The notes under the pieces are model-generated. The model was not told where the DNA came from, made no database searches, and worked only from the letters and a program-made list of their open reading frames with translations. A program made the position numbers and the translations under genes. From the NCBI RefSeq assembly GCF_009914755.1, contig NC_060945.1: DNA of 64,000 nucleotides, one strand, 5' to 3'. Origin of the DNA: the human T2T-CHM13v2.0 reference genome, Homo sapiens. Below, piece after piece: positions 55,861-64,000 of this stretch; within the stretch, counting starts at the first letter, position 1, and each line of letters begins with the position of its first letter.

Positions 55861-56569
55861 CCATCTCTGTGCAAATGCTCTCTCTCTTCTATTTAGCTCT
55901 GCAATTCTAGCTAAATTTTCCTTTCTAAGCCCCAATCTTCAATTTCTCAATATACAGGGAGAGTTATCCTTTCTTTGGATTATCCTTTCACTGTGTCTTC
56001 TGGAAACTGAGAGAAAGCTTGGGATAAGTCAGATTTTATTTTTTCTTTTGTCAGGGATCAGCATCCTCAGCTTCTTGTCAATGGTTAAAAAATCACTGTT
56101 GATTATATTTTTCTGCAGTTAGTTTTTATTTGTGTATGTGTTTTTGTTTTTTGTTTGTTTGTTTTGTAAAGAATTTAGTTTAGTTCCTCTTATTGTATCA
56201 TGGCGAAGTACAGCTATCTTCAACCTATTTTTTCTGACCAATCTTTGTCTTTATATTGATTTAACATTACTTTTTAAATTTAGTCTTAAAATTCTTACTT
56301 TAAATAGTAGTTTTAGACTACTTATATTTAATATTGTTATCTATATTTTGGCCTTAAATCTACTATCATAAAATTTATTTTCCATAAAATTTAATCTGTT
56401 CTTTATTACTATTTTCCACTTTTGATGCTTTATCTTGGATTAAGTGTTTAATTTTGAATTTTATTTTATTTCAACTAATAAGATTATTAGTCATATGTTT
56501 TTGCTTATTTTGTCCTGTTAGGTGCTCTAAGGTTTATACTATGTACCTTAACTTTCCAATAACATTAAG

Positions 56570-57780
56570 GTGACTGAATATTTTTGCCCTGATACCTAGA
56601 AAAAGACAAGCATGCTTGCTCTGATACATTCTTTTGAAGCTTATACTACATGTCTTAGCAATGCATTGAGAGAGGTAAGAATACATACAATTTAGAAAGA
56701 AAGATGTCTTTCTTCACAGATATTATATTCTGTGCAGAAAATAAAGAAGATATTTGCAAAAAAGTTAGTAAAATTGTGTGTTTATGTAGATCACAGGATA
56801 TAATAATAATATACAGAAATCCAGTATATTTTGATAGATTTGCAATGACCATTCATAATCTGAGAAAAAAAAAAACAAGGAAAATAAGGGAGTGCTCAAA
56901 TGCTAAGAAAGACATGTTAAAAGAGCTGAGAAACTTGAATAGTTCCTACTAGCAAAATTAGCAAAACTGAATCAATAAAATAAGTAAAGGAACAGATCAT
57001 GGGCCACTGAAAGAAATAGGAATCCATGGGTCCACGTGAGATAAATCCATGAATTAATGAATGAATAAAAGAAGGAAACACTATTTTTTTCCCACAGAGT
57101 GCCAACCAATAAAAGGAAAAGGGTTGATATTGTATGTTAAAAAATTATCATTTGAAAATCTTCACATTGTATTTGATTGAGTGTTGAGGCATCAATGGAT
57201 GCTAAACCTAGTGGGTAAATGTTGGAGAAGAAATAGGATATTTTCACAGTCTCAAAGTATCTCTCCACAAAACACTTAATTTTAGATTAATTACATGTAT
57301 ATATACATGTATACAATAGATAGTCTATATATAAAATATCATTTTATGTCATGTTATATTAATATAAAGAAAATGAGGAGTACCTCTGCAATAGAGAAAT
57401 CTGGAAGACATTACCTTTCAAATGATCAAAATTAAAATCACCACTGATGGGAAAAATTAATTTCATATATAACCTGAAGAAATATGATAAGAAGAGCATA
57501 GCATCATGTTGGTGATTTTATTGCCAATAATGCATGTCTTGACATCTCATTATGAGAAAACACCAGACAAATCGAAATTGGGAGACATTCTAAAAATAGA
57601 ATCCATTGGAATATTACCTTCAAAAAATGTTTAGGATGCTATGAAGGTTGAAGAAGGACTATGGAATGCTTCTGATTTAAAGAAGTTAAAGAGACATAGG
57701 AACCAGGAACAACACATTATCCTGAAGTGGATTGTTTTTTATAAAAAGCATCAGGGCAGTTTGTGAACTAGAATGGGTCC
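56570..57780 (+). mobile_element. Ancient L1M RT remnant and L1MC4/ME-like 3'UTR
   Basis: tctttcttcacagatattatattctgtgcagaaaat (degenerate FADDMI region); gagaaaacaccagacaaatcgaaattgggagacattcta. Confidence 0.6.
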
Positions 57781-59832
57781 TCTCTTGGTGATTGTTACAT
57801 GACAGCTGTTTGCATCACTTCAGCAACTTAAAGATAAATTGCTTAAAGATAAATTGGCGTCGTTTCATACAAACATTAAAGAAAATGGTAATGTCCAACA
57901 GGCACAGAGTGCCCGCCTAATTACTGTTCCAGGGGTCCTCAGAGGCTGTTTTCCTACTATCTTCTTGATTTTTAAAATATATTTTAGTTGATTGGTTTTA
58001 TTCATGCCATAATTGGTGGAAATTAATCCTTGATTCTATAAATTTTTACCTAGTCCGTTTCCAATGTTTTTTGTTTGTTTGTTTCTCTTTCCTTACTTAT
58101 TTATTTATTCTTTTCTTTTACTTTTTTTGTAAAGTGGAATAAGTTAGGAATGAGTATATTATGACCAACTAAACTGAGTAGTTTTATGTCAAGTTGCAAA
58201 TTATGTTAAGTATCAAATATTTGATTTTTCTTAGATTTCAGAATAGTCACTTTTCAGAAAAAATCATTAGTAGTTTTCTAAAAATAAAATCCTCTTGATT
58301 CAACAAAACATACTTGATGTGGTTTTTCCTCCCAAAACAGGCTCCTCCTTGAGTTATTGGGAATAAGTAATGCTTCTCAATAAAGCTTCGTGTCAACAAA
58401 TCTGAACATATAACATCTCAGCTAGAGCAAGTTACTAAAAATAGGCTCAATTTGTATCTTGCAGTCATGCCTTCATAACCACTTTTCAATTAATCCTGCT
58501 TAATTCAGAGAATGTATAAATATGTAATTTTGCATCACTTTTAAGGCAGCCATTTTATTTTGAAATGCAACTAATGTTATATGCATAAATTCAATAAATA
58601 CAAAGCTGTTTTCAAAAATTGAATGTTTTTACTTGTAAGTTATTCTTTCAATAATAATAAAGAGATGATCACTAGTCATTTTATTTTTCATAGTTGAATT
58701 GATTTAGTTGAACTTCATTGGGTGTTCTTATGTTTTAGTCATGAGTCCATGCTCTTTAACAAGCTAAAGGAAACCATAATATATGCTAAAAGATGTCAGT
58801 TTGTGAACAATTTAATGAATATATAGAGTTACAACATTTTTCCCGATTGGATGTTGGGGTTTACTATAATTCTTTGTTACTTTATATGTGAATATACTCA
58901 CTACTCACTATGTTTATGTATGTAGGAAACATGCTAGTGATGAAAATTCAAGCAGTTATTACCCTGGTTTTCTTTCATTAACAAAATACAGAATAGAAAT
59001 TATCTACTTATTCTTGGAGGTCTTAAAATATCTTTTCAGTTGACTGATAATTCTGCTATCAAGAGCTACAAGTAGGTGCTCTGGCCATCTATATCTGTAT
59101 TTCCGTATATTCAATTCCTTACTATATATTTCTCATTTGATATTCTATACCCAATTCAAACAAAACCATTTCATGTATACAATGTACTTTTATTTATGCT
59201 TTTCTCTATCATTAAGTAGAAAGCCATTTGCACCTTAGTCTAAATCTGAAATGTGCCTCTACCTAACCTTTCTAATACATTTTCACTATTTCTTAGTTAT
59301 TAGAATAAATTTACATAATTTCTGAAACAACTTTCTCTATGGAGTATTCCCTTTGGTTTCTTTTCCCTTCCAAACAATTTAATGAATTACAAATATGGGG
59401 GAGATATTTTTTCAATGGGTAAGACTTGACTTCTACAAATACATGTTTAATTCCTTCTCAAAATTATTTCTACTTCCTCTTATTCAACACTGTGCTAGAT
59501 TTTAGGGATATATAATAAGACAATATATGAGGTCCTTGCTGTTGTGAAAGGTACATTCTTATCTTTGGCAAATTGTAGAATCTTTAGCTTTGGTATACAA
59601 GGGCATTGGTGTTTGGTACATGCTTGGCTCTTTGCCTTAAGAATTGCCTCTTTCCACCATGCATATTTCACCTGTGTGGGAATTCTTGTAGATCTCTATA
59701 TTATTGATAGCCATTTTGCTCTGACATTTTATACAAAGCTGAATCAGCAACAGTATGACTAAACACAACCAAAAAGGAAAGCTAGAAAGATTATATTAGA
59801 CACTTACGTGTATGGATCATTATGGTGAGGAC

Positions 59833-60279
59833 TGCTAAAAAAACAAACAAACAAACAAAAAAAAACAAAAAACACCTTCAGCCAAAATAAATTTACAGTT
59901 TAATTGAGTGGTGAATGATTCATAAATTGGAAAGCCCCCACAATCACAGCAGATTCAGAGAGACTCCAGGGGTGTCTCATGGTCAGAATGAATTTATAGA
60001 CAATACAAAGTAAAGTGATGTATAGAAATCAGAAGTGAGGTACAGAAACAGCTGGATTGGTTACAGCTTGGCACTTGCCTTATTTGAACACTCAGCTGTA
60101 TGTGACTAGTTGAAGTATGGCTGCTGGAATTGGCCAAGACTCAGCGATTATTACAGGTGCATATTCCTAAGTTAGGTTTTAGTCTTGTGTACCTATTGAA
60201 TTAGGTTGCAGTTCATTCACAAGGACTGAAATATAGAAGTATGGCGTTTTTCTCAGGCCATATTTAATTTGATTTAACA
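59833..60279 (-). mobile_element. MER57-like ERV1 solo LTR
   Basis: tg...ca ends; gaagtgaggtacagaaacagctggattggttacagc; perfect 4 bp TSD ggac at 59829-59832 and 60280-60283. Confidence 0.88.
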
Positions 60280-60571
60280 GGACTTTGGGTATGTCATTGT
60301 ATTTTACTAGTATATTTTACAAACACCCCATGTTATCTTAATCTATTTAAGTTCACACTTTTTAATCAAATTTTACTTTAAATGTATCTAACCTCCTAAA
60401 TTTCTGCCTTTGTGAACCAATAATACTTTTTCCAAATTCTTATTATAGCACATATCAGACTATATAGCTATAGACACTTTGGCATCATTGTTTTCCCATA
60501 CAAAACACAATACATTTAATGAATTAATGAATGATGCATCAGCAAAGAAGGTTTTACTGAAAGTAAGAAAA

Positions 60572-61925
60572 ATTATAAGCCAGTTTGGGTTTCCCAAGAA
60601 TCAGACACCAAGATGGTATTACACATATAAGAGAGTAACCAGAGAAAACACCTTTGAAGAATAAAGAGAAGATAGAGCAAAAGGAGGCTGCAAGAGCCTC
60701 CAGATCATGATGCAAGCCTGGCACCTCAAAAGAAGAGAGAGCATGAAAGATAATTGGAAAGGAGGAGCCTCAGAGAAGAGTGCATATCTGAGAAATTGTC
60801 AGCCACACTGGAAGAGCACCAAAGTGAACTTTGACCTTTAGATGAGTCCATGTGGGACAAGAATGAAAAGCCCTATAATATCTTCCTTGCTCAGCATTGG
60901 CAGGGAGCAACCTAAGGAGAGCATGGCACCTGCATGTAAGCCAAAAATAAAATTCAATGTCCGTTAACCAACTAAATGGGCCCTTTATCTTGGCCAAGGG
61001 CATTTTAAACTAAACCTGAAACAGTAATGGAGGCCATGATGGAAATGGGTGGTTGAACATGCTTCGTTATTTACTTTCATCCTTTTGGAATTCATGCATA
61101 GCTGAACAGTGTTAACAGTAAAGTAGAGACTTAAGAATGACAAAACAGACCCTTCATAGCAATAAGATGTCAACATGACAGATAGCAGGCCTTGAAAGAA
61201 ATCAAAGTATTTCACTACAAAAATACATTTCTTTGACATATTTTGAAATGGCCCTACAAGGCTGTTTCTGTGGGGAAAATCTCCATTTTGTAGAGAATCC
61301 CCTTCTCTTTCCAAGTCTTTTTCCTGATTTTTCCTGATTCCAAGTCCTTTTTCCTTTTTATGTCTGATAAAAATCATTTACAATCTATTCTCAGTGAAGC
61401 CTGCTACCTGCAAGCTTCATCTGCATAAGAACCTCGGTCTCTAAAACACCTTATCTTAACCCATACACTCCTGTCTATTGATTCCAGTCTTTAGATAAAT
61501 TATTTTAGCCAGTTGTCAAATGCCAATCAGAAAATCTTTGAATTCACCTTTAACCTGGAAGCCTTCACCCACCCCACCCCCACCTGCTTTGAGTTGTCTA
61601 GCCTTTCCCGATTTTACCAATGTATATCTTAGGTGTACTGATTGATGTCTTATGTCTCCCTCACATGTATAAATCCAAGCTGTAGCCCAACAACCTTGGC
61701 ACATGTTCTCAGGATCTCCTGGGCTGTGTGACAGGCCGAGGTCACTCATATTTGCCTCAGAATAAATCTCTTCAAATATTTCACAGAGTTTGACTCTTTT
61801 CTTCAACATGCATTACCACTGTAGTAGCTCTGAAGTGGTTGAGTTGGAGGTAACCCACCAACAACCCTCCTCCTGGAAATTTCTCTTGAATGAAAATATG
61901 GGAGGAGTAAATTCTTCACTGCCAA
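60572..61925 (-). mobile_element. LTR16-like ERVL LTR, split by a MER4 LTR
   Basis: gggtttcccaagaatcagacaccaagatgg...ctcagcattggcagggagcaacc, resuming after 61812. Confidence 0.55.
60935..61808 (+). mobile_element. MER4-family ERV1 solo LTR
   Basis: tgtaagccaaaaataaaattc...ctcagaataaatctcttcaaatatttcacagagtttgactcttttcttcaaca; perfect 4 bp TSD tgca at 60931-60934 and 61809-61812. Confidence 0.9.
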
Positions 61926-62559
61926 ATACTATTTCAAATTCTTTCAAGCATAAGGTAAATTCATTATTTAACATAAAAGTCAATCAAGAGGTAAAAAGAG
62001 GTCACAGTTTGCTTACGTATTTTCTGGCACTTCTTTGCTATTGGCTGTGTCACTTTTACCCTTAACATTTCTGCAAAAATGTCTGCAGACATTTAGGGTC
62101 AACATATTCAGATACAACCTTACCCAGAAGACCAAGAAAGAGACACCAAGAGAAACATTTATCTTAAAAACTCTTAAGGTAATTTGCCCTGATTTGCCTT
62201 TGTACTGAATTGGGTCATATGCGTATTTTTGTTCTTACTTTTGGCAAAGAATCAGGCTATACTTAGAGTAATCACATCATACCTGAATCTGAAGACGAGA
62301 CAGTAAACTTAGAGAAGTACTGAAGCCTTGGAAGCCTTGGATATATTGAATATGTTCTATCTTAGAAAGAAAAGGTGAGATAATGTATGCTGGCAGTCAA
62401 CCAACAGCATATGCTCCTAATGAACAACTGGAGAGTCATTTAAGTTCAATGTTGGGGATTTTATTAGAAACTGTAAGATGAATACACAATTCATTTTCTC
62501 TTTCCTTGTAAATTTGGACAATATTTGCTATATTCGCCTATATTTTGGCATAGAAATTT

Positions 62560-62870
62560 AGGTTCTAAGTATATAGTAGTGATGTAGCCTTCTTACAGGG
62601 TCACATAGACCCACAATTAATAATTTTTAACACTCTTTTTATTCTCTCTGGTTGGCTAACATTAAAACAATCCACAGAAAACCCCCAAGAGCTATGTATT
62701 GAGGATGGCAAAACCACAGATGGGAAAATAATAAATCTTTGAATGACCCTGCAGGAAATCACAGATAGCATTCCTATTATTTAAGCAAGCAATAACTTTT
62801 ATTGTTTTAAGAGTTGGAGGTTTAATTTTTTCAGCATTACTGTTACCACAATTATTACAGGAAATGAAAC
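62560..62870 (+). mobile_element. Old MLT1 (H-K)-like LTR remnant
   Basis: tgaggatggcaaaaccacagatggg...aataacttttattgttttaag...tgttacc; very diverged. Confidence 0.4.
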
Positions 62871-64000
62871 TAGTAAAAAAAAATAGAGGGAACAAAGTTT
62901 ATTGACATCTATGAGGCATTTTCTTTCCCCTAATATTACATACTCTAGATTTTATTTCTGTACAAAATATATTCTCTATGTCTAGCCTAAAGAACTATGT
63001 CTTATTCATATTTATACTCTTCATAGATCAAAAGTGTGCTTAAAATACTGTACATTTAATGAGTTATTTTTGAATGTAAGCAACTTTGAATTCATCTTTG
63101 CATTTTTAATCTTATGTTGCTATTAAATGTATTATTAAATTCTACTAACACTTTCCTCAAAATAATTCTCAATATTTTGGTTTTTAATTTTTTACTGCCT
63201 TTGCATTCTCCTGGCAGAGACCCATTTCACCTCTTCTATAGATTATTTCATAAAGATTTTATAATCTGTATCATATATATTTACAATATTAAAAGTTATC
63301 TGTAGCACTCTCTCATTGTTGCTTATAGATTAGGTTTGCTTCTCTATGTACTATTCTGGTAGGCAGTGGTTAAATATACTGCTTTAAGCCTTTTCACAGT
63401 ACCTTCTATAATATCATCATGCACAGTTTTACGCACACAGCAGAAAATCAATGAAACATACTTAATTGACTAAAAATTGAAAAACATTGGTATATATGTA
63501 GGACAGATACTGATATTTTTATAAGCCCAACTCTGAAATGGTGATGCATAAAAAGTTGATAATTCCTTTTAGCAGAAACTATTAATAGTCATTTTTCAAC
63601 ATAATGCAAAATATATTTGAGATTGATAAATATTTTAGAACTCAAGTGTAAGAAAGCCATTAAGGGAATCCCACAATTTTCTTTGTTTCTAAAACCTAAT
63701 ATAATTTAAGATTATGAACAGCCTTCTTTCTCAGAAGAAAAACATATCACCAACCCACTACATAAAAAAAATGCATTATTCCAATCAATCTTGTTAATAT
63801 ACCATAGAATATTGAATTTTTTAAAAAAATTCAGAACTTTAAAAATAAATACTAACCATAATAGCTCAATTAAAATTATCTCTATATTCTTGGAGGTTTT
63901 CAAATGCCATATCTAAAAATAGGATATAGTAAGGTATATCGAGGGATAAACTAGCTGTTAAAAAATCATTGATTGAGACCTGTTATTATTGGCTAAGTAA

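Noticed and set aside
57827-57856. Perfect 15 bp tandem duplication (cttaaagataaattg x2); also gaagccttg x2 near 62322
   Set aside because: Ordinary slippage-scale duplications with no further structure.

Overview
Primate (human-like) genomic DNA: AT-rich, CpG-poor and repeat-dense. I found no intact protein-coding gene and no CpG island. Most of the window is old transposon sequence: L1 of several ages, Alu S/Y, MaLR THE1/MST/MLT1 (two complete LTR-internal-LTR copies), a near full-length Tigger1, MER2/MER8, solo ERV LTRs and L2/MIR remnants. Two RNA-derived retrocopies lie about 5.3 kb apart. One is a 7SL RNA pseudogene (29730-30030, -). The other is a chimeric retrocopy (35318-35868, +) that starts at the 5' end of H/ACA snoRNA SNORA70, keeps the rest of its host intron and continues into spliced RPL10 exons, so it appears to be a fossil of a snoRNA-processing intermediate. 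Structures the repeat annotation does not explain include four interlocking inverted repeats (25853-25936), a direct repeat with a fold-back spacer (7103-7173), a six-unit ~280 bp array in an L1 5'UTR and a two-variant L1PA 3'-end chimera. All family and subfamily names come from remembered consensus sequences, not from a search. Boundaries without a target-site duplication (TSD) are approximate. I see no evidence of a wholly new coding system.
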